DNA of 63,698 nucleotides, counting the filler, from Octopus bimaculoides (taxonomy: Eukaryota), in NCBI RefSeq assembly GCF_001194135.2. It is 4 parts of 4 records of this genome, joined end to end, with 100 filler letters (N's around TTAATTAATTAA, not from the genome) between each part and the next. Parts side by side here need not be neighbours in the genome. Positions count along the whole stretch, not along the records: positions 46,879 to 62,129 come from NC_068994.1; positions 62,230 to 63,698 come from NC_068993.1; 2 more parts are not named here. One strand, 5' to 3'. The notes under the pieces were generated by a model. That model had not been told where the DNA came from and did no database searches. It saw only the letters and a program-made list of their open reading frames with translations. This document shows positions 50,400 through 62,792 of this stretch, piece by piece. Position 1 is the first letter of the stretch. Each line of letters starts with the position of its first letter. The translations under genes and the position numbers were made by a program.

Positions 50400-50670
50400 G
50401 GAGGAAAACGTTTGTTTCTGCCACTGGATCAGTGGCCTAATAGAAATGATTGGTTTTTGCTAAAGAATGGAGACTGTTCATTGACTCTAGTAAAGCTAGC
50501 CTTAAAGCTGCATTACTGCATAACGGCAAGGAAAAACCTACAATACTTGTAACACATACCACTGGCCTTAATGAGATTAAGGAATCAATGGAACCGCTAC
50601 TAAGACTCATCAAATATAAGGACCACATAGGGAATATTTGTGACCACCTCAAAGTTGTATCATTACTTCG
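50400..50670 (+). pseudogene. DNA-transposon transposase fragment, Chapaev3-like (CMC)
   Basis: EWRLFIDSSKASLKAALLHNG..IKYKDHIGNICDHLKVVSLL matches the WRLFIDSSK.SLK.VLLHNG...ICGDLKVV motif that I recall from Chapaev3 transposases. Confidence 0.65.
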
Positions 50671-51084
50671 CTCGCGAGTGACGGCTATGGTTTATATATT
50701 ATCTCTAGCATATAAATCTTTTTAATGTTGCTCAAACTCTCCAGTAGCAGTCAATTCCAGTTTACCTTTTCATTTCTCTATGCCGTATCGTATCAGTTCC
50801 ATCTACTTCTTGGTAATTGTACGAATGATTTTCTTCTAATTATCCGACTTCAGTGTCTGAAACTAATTTAATGTGTTTCAGTTTTAATTAATTTGTCTCT
50901 TCTTAGAGTAACTCTGGCTCATGTATTTAATTCATTACGCATTTTTATATCACTTTTGGGTTAATGTATCTTAAAGTGCGTACATTAGATCTCTAGTCGC
51001 TCATTGTAAATTATTTTAAATCAACAATATAGAGGGGGGGGCTTAAAACTTGCCCACTTAGTTTGTTCGCTAAATTTGTAAATG

Positions 51085-51270
51085 TTGTTAGTGTTCGGAG
51101 CTATTTTACTTGCTTCGGTCATCAAACTGTGACCATGCTGGGGCACCGCATTGAAGAATCGACCCCAGTGCTTATTTTTTTAAACATGACACTTATTTTA
51201 TCGTTATCTTTAGCCGAACCGCTAAATTACAGGAACGTAAACACAACACTGATTCTCATGCCTTGGTGAG
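51085..51270 (-). mobile_element. SINE family A 3' tail
   Basis: GACCATGCTGGGGCACCGC..GCCGAACCGCTAAATTACAGGAACGTAAAC. Confidence 0.75.
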
Positions 51271-51299
<29 letters not shown>

Positions 51300-51303
<4 letters not shown>

Positions 51304-51720
51304 GTGCGTAAGATGTTTAAGGACAGATTTGTGTTTATAAAAACACACGTATAACAGATAATAACTTTATTTATCAAAAAATACAATGAGGATAAAAATA
51401 AAAACTTCTTTTCTATAATGTTATTCAATAAAGCCACCTTCAGTTTCAACAATTATTTCTATATGAGATCTAGATCATCTACATGCTCGAACCAAGTGGT
51501 CCTGGTTCATTTTGGACATTACTCTGATTATGGCAGCTTTCAAAGAATCTTTGGTGTTATGAGCGTGTTCATTGGCCTCTCTCTCAACAACGATCCACAT
51601 GTAATAGTCTAATGGATTGAGATCTGGAGAATTAGGAGGCCAAATGCTGTGATCGTGAAAATTTTCAGCCATCCATTCCTGTGTTACTAGAGCCATGTGT
51701 GATAGTGCAGAGACTTCCTG
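51300..51720 (-). mobile_element. Tc1/mariner-superfamily (maT/DD37D-like) transposase C-terminus with TIR
   Basis: WPPNSPDLNPLDYYMW..HNTKDSLKAAI; the terminus begins CAGGGTG at 51300. Confidence 0.8.
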
Positions 51721-51726
51721 AAACAA

Positions 51727-51764
<38 letters not shown>

Positions 51765-51768
<4 letters not shown>

Positions 51769-51910
51769 GGCTTCTTTCAGGTTCCGTCTACCAAATCCAC
51801 TCACAAGGCTTTGATCGGCCCGAGGCTACAGTAGAAGACACTTGCCCAAGGTGCCACGCAGTGGGACTGAACCTGGAACCATGTGGTTGGGAAGCAAAGT
51901 TCTTAACATA
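51765..51910 (-). mobile_element. SINE family A, 5' half
   Basis: CAAATCCACTCACAAGGCTTTGATCGGCCCGAGGCTAC..CCATGTGGTTGGGAAGC. Confidence 0.9.
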
Positions 51911-52169
51911 CGGCGATGTCTGTCATTATAGTTTCTTATTTTGGAAATGATGTGATGTGATGGCTTGGGGCAGAAAAGGTGGAAGGACACCTTTCAGGGA
52001 TCATTTTTCAGGATTTCTGTGACTTGTGGGAAAAAGAAAGACGTAATTCTTGGACCAAAATGTCTGACCCAAAATAGACGATGCTAATAATTCCAAAGTG
52101 GAGCAGGTGGTTATAATAAAACCGACGGCTATATTAACCCTACAACACCAAAATCCAGGAACAGATCCG

Positions 52170-52350
52170 ACACATAGATTAACACATTTGACAGGCTTCC
52201 GTACAGCTGCCGTCCACCAAATTTCTCTCTCAAGACATTGATCAACCAGACCCTATGAAGGAGAACTTCGTATACAAGATGCTGTGCAGTGGCACTAAAC
52301 CTGAAAACATGTGGTTGAGGAAACGAATTCCTTAACCACACAACTATGCT
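52170..52350 (-). mobile_element. SINE family A, diverged 5' half
   Basis: ACAGGCTTCCGTACAG..ACATGTGGTTGAGGAAACGAATTCCTTAACCACACA. Confidence 0.65.
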
Positions 52351-53174
52351 TGCGATACTACTAATTGTATTCAAACTGCTTTGTTTATTTAGTGTCTGCA
52401 AAATCCAGGTGTGTTGTATAAAGTATGAAAACTCTTCGGTAATCTATTCCTGTTGTGCGAAGGTTTCTTTTCTGTTCTTATTGTTTTCAATAACTTCTCG
52501 ATTTACCAACAGCTGTTCTCTACATCCACGCATCTACTTCCGAATCTCTCCCTATCTTTGTGTATGAATGTTTGTATGTGTGCATGTGTGTGTGTGCGTG
52601 CGTGCGTGTGTGCATGTGTGTGTGCGTGCGTGTGTGTATGAGTGTTTGCGTGTGTGTGTGTTTGTATGTGTGTATGTGTGTATGTGCGTGTGTGTATGAG
52701 TGTTTGCGTGTGTGTGTTTGTATGTGTGTATGTGTNNNNNNNNNNNNNNNNNNNNNNNNNNNNNNNNNNNNNNNNNNNNNNNNNNNNNNNNNNNNNNNNN
52801 NNNNNNNNNNNNNNNNNNNNNNNNNNNNNNNNNNNNNNNNNNNNNNNNNNNNNNNNNNNNNNNNNNNNNNNNNNNNNNNNNNNNNNNNNNNNNNNNNNNN
52901 NNNNNNNNNNNNNNNNNNNNNNNNNNNNNNNNNNNNNNNNNNNNNNNNNNNNNNNNNNNNNNNNNNNNNNNNNNNNNNNNNNNNNNNNNNNNNNNNNNNN
53001 NNNNNNNNNNNNNNNNNNNNNNNNNNNNNNNNNNNNNNNNNNNNNNNNNNNNNNNNNNNNNNNNNNNNTGGTGGTATTTTACTCAGATGATCTCTGATTG
53101 GTCAAACTGAAAATCAAAGTCACTCCAGCTGTGACTATCCCATCTTTTTTTTTTTTTTTTTTTTATACATGTAG

Positions 53175-53360
53175 ACGCAGGCACGGCTGTGTGGTAAGAA
53201 GCTTGCTTCCCAACCACATGGTTCTGGGTACAGTCCCATTGCATGGCACCTTCGGTGAGTGTCTTCTACAATAGCCTCGGGCCGACCAAAGCCTTGTGAG
53301 CGGATTTGGTAGACTGGGACTGAAAGAAGCCCGTCATAAATATATATATAAATATATATG

Positions 53361-53428
<68 letters not shown>

Positions 53429-53520
53429 TGTGTCCTGGTGTCGATTTCTTCGACTAAATAACCCCTTAAGGTGGTGCTCCAGCATGGCCATATTCAAATG
53501 TCTGAAACAAGTAAAAGAAT
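53175..53520 (+). mobile_element. SINE family A
   Basis: GCAGGCACGGCTGTGTGGTAAGAAGC head through tail CAAATGTCTGAAACAAGTAAAAG. Confidence 0.92.
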
Positions 53521-53584
53521 GTATTTGAGACTACAATACCCATTACCTCCTCCCTTTTTAAAGCAAGTAAAGAGTGACTTGAGG

Positions 53585-53762
53585 AAGATTTGGTTAAGGT
53601 CAAACAACTAACAAGCAGATCTGTGGTATTAAGCACAATATTTGCTGTAGCCCATCCTTTATACCAAGACAAAACAATGTACATGATAGCACTTCCATTC
53701 AGTTGAGATCAGAAGCCACGAGAGCCACTACTTGGTACTGCATCAAGGCATTTATTTATTAT
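53585..53762. mobile_element. Family D fragment ending in an ATT-rich tract
   Basis: Homologous to 38400-38515 and continues to GGCATTTATTTATTATT. Confidence 0.7.
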
Positions 53763-54217
53763 TAGTACTAGTACTAGTATTAGTATTAGGATTATCACTA
53801 TTAAGGCGACTAGCTGGCATGGACGAAGTCCAATGACTGAAACAGGCTAGAGATAAAAGTTAGTGGTTTAAAACGACAGAAGAACTCACCATTTGTAGGT
53901 TATTTTCAAACAGAATGCTTACAACAGAGCGAGTTCTGCTAATCGTACCAAGGGTATTAGTGATAAAGATCGGAGAAGGATTAAGTCTGCCATCAAAATT
54001 TATTCAAATTTCTTAATGGGTAAAAAAAAGTAACGCTGAAAATCATGAAACTCCAGTAAAATTATTGATCTTAGCTGATCTATCAACGACCCAAATAATA
54101 GATTATGACGTCAAAGAAGCCATCAAAATATCAAATTAATACCGGATTAAAAATTTTCAAAATGATAAAAGTAGCAACAAAGAATGTTCATTAAAATATT
54201 AAAATGGCAATAATAAT

Positions 54218-54307
<90 letters not shown>

Positions 54308-54308
<1 letters not shown>

Positions 54309-54598
54309 TAGAGATAACTCGAATGTGGAGTCTAAAAACAGAAACAATTCCTATCATAGTAGGTGCCTTAGGTATAATAAAAAAATATTCAGACAAATAC
54401 ATAACAAAAACACCAGGACTTACAAATATATATAACATACAGAAAATTGCACTACTGGGCACTGCACACATTCTACGCAAAACACTTTCAATACAGTAAA
54501 CATAAGAGCACCACAGCAAACCACAGCACATACCCAAGGCGCACAGAGCTGCGCTCGGTAGTGAAGTGAAAGCACGTTATAAAAATAAAACTACTGAA
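54308..54598 (+). mobile_element. R4/Dong-type element 3' end within (AAC)n/(AAT)n
   Basis: About 290 bp differing from the reverse complement of 37224-37515 at roughly two positions by eye; (AAT)n on both sides. Confidence 0.92.
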
Positions 54599-54829
54599 CA
54601 ATAATAATAATAATAATAATAGAACTCAGTAGCCACTGGTGGGCGTGCTTCCAGCCTATATCAGCTTGTTTGCTACGGGCCACATATTTGCCATGCAGAG
54701 TTTTTTGTTCCCACCAATCAGTCAATTGTTTAATCGCATTTTGCTTTGCTACTGATTTCACCTTCTTTCCAACTACAGTTGCCGCACTTCCATCATGCTG
54801 TCCAACCTGGGTATTATTTATAAACTCAC

Positions 54830-55480
54830 TTGAAATTTCTTGCTCTCTTTCTTAACAGAATGAAGCTTCTTATGTTTTTCATGGTTTTCAACAAAAACAT
54901 GGTGTAGACCCAAAGTACCGGTACTGCAACGATGGGATTGAAACTGTGGACCACCTAATCTCTGGGTGTAAGGTTTTAGCACTTGTAGAGTATAATCCAA
55001 GAAATGACAGAGTTGGCCAATATCTACATTGAATAATGTGTCAGCATTATAAAATCAAAACTGCTGACAAATGGTACAACCACCACCCTGAGGCTGTAAC
55101 TGAGGGAGAAAATATAACGATTCTTTGGGACTTTCCAGTATGTACAGATCGGAGTATCAAGACAAATAAACCAGATATTGTTGTGAAAGACCAAAACAAT
55201 AAAGTCTGTTTATTGATTGTCATGAGCATACCCAGTGACCATAATATCTCGACAAAAGAATTTGATAAGCTCAGAAAATATAAAGATCTGCTAATCGAAA
55301 TCGAAAAGATGTGGCATCTCAAGACAGTTACAATTCCAGTGATTGTGGGAGCACTTGGAATAATCAAAAAAAGGAACTGGAAATTATTTGAGAATGATTC
55401 TTGGCTTACCATCCAAGCAGGAAATGCAAACGATTGTCTCAAATGGTTCGTCACACGTACTGAGAAGAACATTGTCACTG
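54830..55480 (+). pseudogene. Older R4/Dong-type RLE LINE: zinc knuckle and endonuclease
   Basis: YRYCNDGIETVDHLISGC (CCHC relic), ILWDFPVCTDRSIKTNKPDIVV (PD motif) and KLRKYKDLLIEIEKMWHLKTVTIPVIVGALG. Confidence 0.88.
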
Positions 55481-55704
55481 TGAATTTTTTTTCCTTTTTC
55501 CCTTATATTTTCTTTCTTTACTTTAAAAAAAATTTTTTTTTTCCTTTTTCTCTCTGTCTTTCTTCCTCTTTTTCTCTAGCACATGACTTTGTAAATGAAC
55601 AATCTGGTGTGCTTATTCTAATCGCCTACCAATGTATACAGTGCGTTTCTCTGCCCTAGGTCTCAGGAAGACACTCGGCAAGAAATGGAAACAGAATTGA
55701 AACA

Positions 55705-55715
55705 AAATGATAATG

Positions 55716-55770
<55 letters not shown>

Positions 55771-55796
55771 TGATGATGATAATAATAATGATAATG

Positions 55797-55828
<32 letters not shown>

Positions 55829-55980
55829 GATGATGTTGATGACGATGACGATGATGATGACCATAGTGAATGAAGATGTTGATGATAATGAGGAGGAGTA
55901 TGAAGATGATGATGAGGATAATTACGAAAATGATGACAATGATGACGATGACGATGATGGTGATAATAATAATGACGATG
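55705..55980. repeat. (AAT)n/(GAT)n compound microsatellite
   Basis: Directly visible. Confidence 0.95.
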
Positions 55981-56019
55981 GTATATCGTTAACGTCATCA
56001 GCATTATCGCAGGCAGAGA

Positions 56020-56240
56020 TGAGGCGGCGAGCTAGCAGAGACGTTGAGCACGGAGCCGGACAAAACGATTTGCGGCATTTCGTCCCGTTTTTACGTTCTA
56101 CTTTGCCTTTCATCCTTTTGAGGTGGCGGTGTGGGGGGGGGGTCAATAAAATAAAGACTAGTTGTTCACTGAGGTCGATGTAATCGACTTACCCACCTCT
56201 CGCGAAATTGCTGGCCCTGTGCTAAAACTTGAAACCATTG
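56020..56240 (+). mobile_element. SINE family B
   Basis: GAGGCGGCGAGCTAGCAGAGACGTT head, ACTTTGCCTTTCATCCTTT, and GAAATTGCTGGCCCTGTGCTAAAACTTGAAACC tail. Confidence 0.85.
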
Positions 56241-56279
56241 CTATTCGGTGCTTCTACCGTTGCTGTCATTGTTGTTAAA

Positions 56280-56328
<49 letters not shown>

Positions 56329-57127
56329 GNNNNNNNNNNNNNNNNNNNNNNNNNNNNNNNNNNNNNNNNNNNNNNNNNNNNNNNNNNNNNNNNNNNNNNN
56401 NNNNNNNNNNNNNNNNNNNNNNNNNNNNNNNNNNNNNNNNNNNNNNNNNNNNNNNNNNNNNNNNNNNNNNNNNNNNNNNNNNNNNNNNNNNNNNNNNNNN
56501 NNNNNNNNNNNNNNNNNNNNNNNNNNNNNNNNNNNNNNNNNNNNNNNNNNNNNNNNNNNNNNNNNNNNNNNNNNNNNNNNNNNNNNNNNNNNNNNNNNNN
56601 NNNNNNNNNNNNNNNNNNNNNNNNNNNNNNNNNNNNNNNNNNNNNNNNNNNNNNNNNNNNNNNNNNNNNNNNNNNNNNNNNNNNNNNNNNNNNNNNNNNN
56701 NNNNNNNNNNNNNNNNNNNNNNNNNNNNNNNNNNNNNNNNNNNNNNNNNNNNNNNNNNNNNNNNNNNNNNNNNNNNNNNNNNNNNNNNNNNNNNNNNNNN
56801 NNNNNNNNNNNNNNNNNNNNNNNNNNNNNNNNNNNNNNNNNNNNNNNNNNNNNNNNNNNNNNNNNNNNNNNNNNNNNNNNNNNNNNNNNNNNNNNNNNNN
56901 NNNNNNNNNNNNNNNNNNNNNNNNNNNNNNNNNNNNNNNNNNNNNNNNNNNNNNNNNNNNNNNNNNNNNNNNNNNNNNNNNNNNNNNNNNNNNNNNNNNN
57001 NNNNNNNNNNNNNNNNNNNNNNNNNNNNNNNNNNNNNNNNNNNNNNNNTATACACAAACATTTATACGCATATAGATATACATATACACACGGGTGCATA
57101 TACATATATGAATACTTATATGAACAC

Positions 57128-57167
<40 letters not shown>

Positions 57168-57403
57168 AACATACATACATACACGAATTTACATACATTC
57201 ATCCAAACAAATATATATATATATACAAACATACGCTCGTACAACTGGAGCCCGAAGGGACGAACGGACGCCAGTATCGGTTGAGAACAGCCATTTTAGG
57301 GGTCAGAGGTGATTGCATTCTGTCTGATAACTGTCAGTAATCAGTTTGTTAGAAGCGAACGACCGCTTGCAGCTCCCTTTTGCTTGAGGGGCTGTGTCAG
57401 GAA

Positions 57404-57436
57404 TAGGAGCAGGAGTGGACGGCAACTGCTTTTATA
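57404..57436 (-). promoter_or_regulatory. Possible TATA-Inr core promoter
   Basis: Minus-strand TATAAAAG at 57436-57429 and a YYANWYY match (CTATTCC) whose A lies 32 nt downstream, ahead of a GC-elevated island. Motif evidence only. Confidence 0.15.
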
Positions 57437-57614
57437 TGCATACACCGATATACATAAACATACGTACATAATAACGTGTATATATGTATATATATATATA
57501 TATCGTATGCATGCATACATAAACATATATATATGCATATATTCATATATACATACAAGTATGCATACATACATACATGCATACTCGCTCACTATTAACA
57601 TCATTATCTCTCTC

Positions 57615-57654
<40 letters not shown>

Positions 57655-58906
57655 AAGAAAATGCGTACACATGCGAGCATTACACATATACACACAAACA
57701 CACACGCTGGGAACATTTGCTTAGTTAGGGGGTAAGTACACGTTACAAATAAGTTGAAACATCGACACACGCACACACACAAACATACATACATATATAT
57801 AGATATATAGATATATATATGTATATATATATATATANNNNNNNNNNNNNNNNNNNNNNNNNNNNNNNNNNNNNNNNNNNNNNNNNNNNNNNNNNNNNNN
57901 NNNNNNNNNNNNNNNNNNNNNNNNNNNNNNNNNNNNNNNNNNNNNNNNNNNNNNNNNNNNNNNNNNNNNNNNNNNNNNNNNNNNNNNNNNNNNNNNNNNN
58001 NNNNNNNNNNNNNNNNNNNNNNNNNNNNNNNNNNNNNNNNNNNNNNNNNNNNNNNNNNNNNNNNNNNNNNNNNNNNNNNNNNNNNNNNNNNNNNNNNNNN
58101 NNNNNNNNNNNNNNNNNNNNNNNNNNNNNNNNNNNNNNNNNNNNNNNNNNNNNNNNNNNNNNNNNNNNNNNNNNNNNNNNNNNNNNNNNNNNNNNNNNNN
58201 NNNNNNNNNNNNNNNNNNNNNNNNNNNNNNNNNNNNNNNNNNNNNNNNNNNNNNNNNNNNNNNNNNNNNNNNNNNNNNNNNNNNNNNNNNNNNNNNNNNN
58301 NNNNNNNNNNNNNNNNNNNNNNNNNNNNNNNNNNNNNNNNNNNNNNNNNNNNNNNNNNNNNNNNNNNNNNNNNNNNNNNNNNNNNNNNNNNNNNNNNNNN
58401 NNNNNNNNNNNNNNNNNNNNNNNNNNNNNNNNNNNNNNNNNNNNNNNNNNNNNNNNNNNNNNNNNNNNNNNNNNNNNNNNNNNNNNNNNNNNNNNNNNNN
58501 NNNNNNNNNNNNNNNNNNNNNNNNNNNNNNNNNNNNNNNNNNNNNNNNNNNNNNNNNNNNNNNNNNNNNNNNNNNNNNNNNNNNNNNNNNNNNNNNNNNN
58601 NNNNNNNATATATATGCATGCATGTATAAGAAATAGATGAAGTCGAAAATGCACAGAAAGTGTATATGAGAGCGTATAGGAAGATTTAATGAGAAACGTG
58701 GAACTATGTTGCAAACAGCATCGTTTCTTCTGAAACGCGATACAATTAACGACTCAAGTCTACATTCCTCAAAACTCACACTTTTGAAAATCAATCGCAT
58801 GTGAAACCGGTAAATTATATCAATTTTACTTGAAATAAATCAACATAAATACTCTCCGAACATTTTTAACGTCATTTATTTCTTCTTCTTTTATGGATTA
58901 CAAACA

Positions 58907-58937
<31 letters not shown>

Positions 58938-59064
58938 TATATGTCAATTCTCAGTATCTCCCTTTTACTCTCACCCCAACCTTTCTCTCTGACTCTTTCT
59001 CTTTCTCTCGCTCTCTCTTTCATTCTTACTCTCTCTCTCACTCTCTCTCACTCTCTCTCACACA

Positions 59065-59104
<40 letters not shown>

Positions 59105-59982
59105 CTCTCTCTCTCTCTCTCTTTCTCTTTTTCTCTCTTTCCGTTGTAAAGCGAGACTGAAGATGTCAACCAACACTTATATTGACTTTTATTATATTGT
59201 GATGTAACAAATATATATTAAAACCCATTCAAACATTGTCGAGTGAAACATCTCTTGGGTTAACTATAACCGACTTGAAATAGAGACGTAGAGTTTTCTC
59301 TTTTCCTCAACTCAAATGAGTTTATGCGTTGGTTGCATTGATCCGCTAACGCATTCACAGAGACCTATTTAATCTATCTCGAAAGCTTTTGTAAGTATTT
59401 TGCATCATGGTTCCTCTAAACAACACCCCTTGCAAGAAACACAGTTAAAAACTCGATGCTGGAACTAATGGCTGCCTGTAGGGAATATGTCTTAAACTGT
59501 AGTGAGAGATTTGGTAATAAATACTATCCAGACAAGAGTAGCTTATTTTCACATAGTTAGTGTTGAAAAGCTTTTTATGTGTATTTGGTAAATGAGATCT
59601 TATCCACATTTAGGAAATGAAATTTTGATTAGAACATTAACTTCCTAGCTACATTGGTGTATCTATTCTTGTGGAATAAGGGACTACAGCAATTTTTTTT
59701 CTTTATATTTCTGCTACTGTAAATCATGGTGTAGTCCTCGTATACCAGTATTCTGTTGATGCCTACATTTGTTAGTATGTCGTTATTAATATAGGGTGGG
59801 TGAAAATGTCTTGTACCATGAATCGTTACCTTAATTGACTTACTGGTGAAAATTTTATGGTATGTATGATAAGGGAAAGGAAAAGAAATAAAAACAGTAA
59901 AGTTAAGTTTAGGAAATTTTCGGCAATAATTGTTCGTACGCTACAAATTTAACTGTAAATTAAACGACGAAATATTTCTCGA

Positions 59983-60280
59983 TCAATTTTTACGGTTGAG
60001 AAGATTGCGTTTGATTGCGCATCGAATTCTATTCGGAGCTTCAAAATTACGAAACGCCTCGTCATGATAATGAGAAGCATTAATGAACGTGGCATTTCCA
60101 ACATAAATAGCACAGTCGCTTCTACCACTTGTAATTGTATTGTCCTCAAATAATTTCATTCTTAATGCTAATTGGCTTTCGAAGGCCCTTGCATATTGTG
60201 CTAAGATGCAATTAAATAGTAAAGATGCATTGAATTGACCGAGAATACTTGAGGGCTCATTTTTATTAGCATATTCATTT
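59983..60280 (-). CDS. Candidate coding exon (longest non-repeat ORF in the window), unknown protein
   Basis: Frame is open from about 60339 to 59983 in unique sequence; acceptor TTTCAG at 60281; possible donor ACC|GTAAAA at 59993. The peptide has three N-x-S/T sequons. Confidence 0.3.
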
Positions 60281-60728
60281 CTGAAACTACTTACCACTCT
60301 GTGTATATTTGGTTTTCGAAAGAAACATATCTGCCAGCGCTAACTCAAATGAACAAACATTGAACATACTTCCCTGGGCACATTTCATTTGAATAAGAGA
60401 TAACAATCGTGCCTTAGCAAAAAGGAGTTAACTTTATTTAAAGTTGGTCATGGATTAAATGGAAACTTTGAGAAGCTGGGCTGTTGTGTACCCCCAAAAC
60501 AAGAGTCCACGAATATTCCGAATATTTATAACAAAATAACTCTAATTTGGAATACACATAAGAAGGGATTCTCACAATTTCCTTTAATGAAATACATTAT
60601 CAGGACATTAATTGTCTCCGGGGCCATAGTACAAAACACTTGCCCAAGCTGCCATAAGATTGAACCACATGTTTACGAAGTGAACATCTAAACCACACTG
60701 TCACATTTGCACCTACACACGCGCACAC

Positions 60729-60961
60729 TAAAAATATGTGACAATTATTCGGTAGCCATGATAAAACTCTGAGTTTCGGATGCCGAGGCAAAAACCCACG
60801 CCGCCATCTATTCAATTATTTGGCCATTGAAAATTGCTAGGTCATTTTCATAGAAATTTTCAATGGCCAGATAACTGAAGAGCTGGCGGTGTGGGTTTCC
60901 GCCCCGACATCCGAAACTCAGAGTTTTATCATGGCTACCGAATCATTGTCACATATTTTTA
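60729..60961. mobile_element. 233-bp foldback (palindromic MITE-like) element
   Basis: Arms of about 110 bp (TAAAAATATGTGACAAT..TTGAAAATT) with about 11 mismatches, a loop of about 11 nt, and TA at both ends. Confidence 0.85.
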
Positions 60962-61542
60962 CAGATAAATTCCTCTATTTACATAATATCGAGGTTTCTT
61001 TCATTCTTGTGTTGTCTTCTNNNNNNNNNNNNNNNNNNNNNNNNNNNNNNNNNNNNNNNNNNNNNNNNNNNNNNNNNNNNNNNNNNNNNNNNNNNNNNNN
61101 NNNNNNNNNNNNNNNNNNNNNNNNNNNNNNNNNNNNNNNNNNNNNNNNNNNNNNNNNNNNNNNNNNNNNNNNNNNNNNNNNNNNNNNNNNNNNNNNNNNN
61201 NNNNNNNNNNNNNNNNNNNNNNNNNNNNNNNNNNNNNNNNNNNNNNNNNNNNNNNNNNNNNNNNNNNNNNNNNNNNNNNNNNNNNNNNNNNNNNNNNNNN
61301 NNNNNNNNNNNNNNNNNNNNNNNNNNNNNNNNNNNNNNNNNNNNNNNNNNNNNNNNNNNNNNNNNNNNNNNNNNNNNNNNNNNNNNNNNNNNNNNNNNNN
61401 NNNNNNNNNNNNNNNNNNNNNNNNNNNNNNNNNNNNNNNNNNNNNNNNNNNNNNNNNNNNNNNNNNNNNNNNNNNNNNNNNNNNNNNNNNNNNNNNNNNN
61501 NNNNNNNNNNNNNNNNNNNNNNNNNNNNNNNNNNNNNNNNNN

Positions 61543-61578
<36 letters not shown>

Positions 61579-61915
61579 TATGTATACACACACATTTATT
61601 TATTTACGTGTGCTGTATCAATGCATAATTTAAACCTGTATTTTGCTGTTACTGAAGCTTATACAGTTATTCTATTCATGTACATATGTACATATACGTG
61701 TGTGCATGTGTTTGTGTCGTTCGTTCCACGTTTCACGTAGATGTTGTCGTAGATCCGGCTAATTGAATATATTTGGAATTTGCTATTGAGCCCTTTGTGA
61801 TAAATGTCTTGATTTCGCCGGAGTTAAAAATGTGTGATGTGAAATACATGTGGGTCTATGATCGATAATCCTCTTGTAACAACTAGCCGTGTTTATCTGC
61901 GGACGTGTGCAACAT

Positions 61916-61957
<42 letters not shown>

Positions 61958-62400
61958 GTGTGTGCGTGTGTGTGTCTGTACGTGTACATGTAATTGTAAG
62001 TGTGTGTGCTTGTGTGTGTTTGTGTTCATGTGTGTGTGTGTGTGAGTGTGTGTTATGTGTGTGTTATGCGTGTGTACCTATCTATATGTACATACCTATC
62101 TATGCATATACGAATCTAAGTATATATATNNNNNNNNNNNNNNNNNNNNNNNNNNNNNNNNNNNNNNNNNNNNTTAATTAATTAANNNNNNNNNNNNNNN
62201 NNNNNNNNNNNNNNNNNNNNNNNNNNNNNCACACACATACACACACACATACACACACATATATATACACGCATATACGTATATATTATATATACATACA
62301 TACATACATATTCATACATTTACACACACACACATGTCAATATATATCTATATACATAAATCCGTACAAACACACACACAGCACACACAGAAACACATAG

Positions 62401-62431
<31 letters not shown>

Positions 62432-62792
62432 TTAATGTCATATACACTTGTTTAGTAGTTGGTCACCGACACTCCGTTTGCACCCTATCATGCTACTTGT
62501 TGCAACATTTATATGAAAGCAAACTGTGCGTTTGAATTATTCATATAAAGCACCAGCTTTAACATGTATTTACTACTGCGTACCAGTTTATATTTACAAC
62601 TGATGGGGAACGCAACACTTTGAGACGGTAAGTGAAAACTTTCTCGATATTCAGTGTTTAAAACATGAATGACTTTATACACGCACGCACACACATGCAC
62701 ACAATGTATTGTCTCGTTATTTGCAGAATCAAATATGGCATAACTACACAATTATGCCTCAACTGAATTTTGTTTCCTCATGACTGCCTGTA

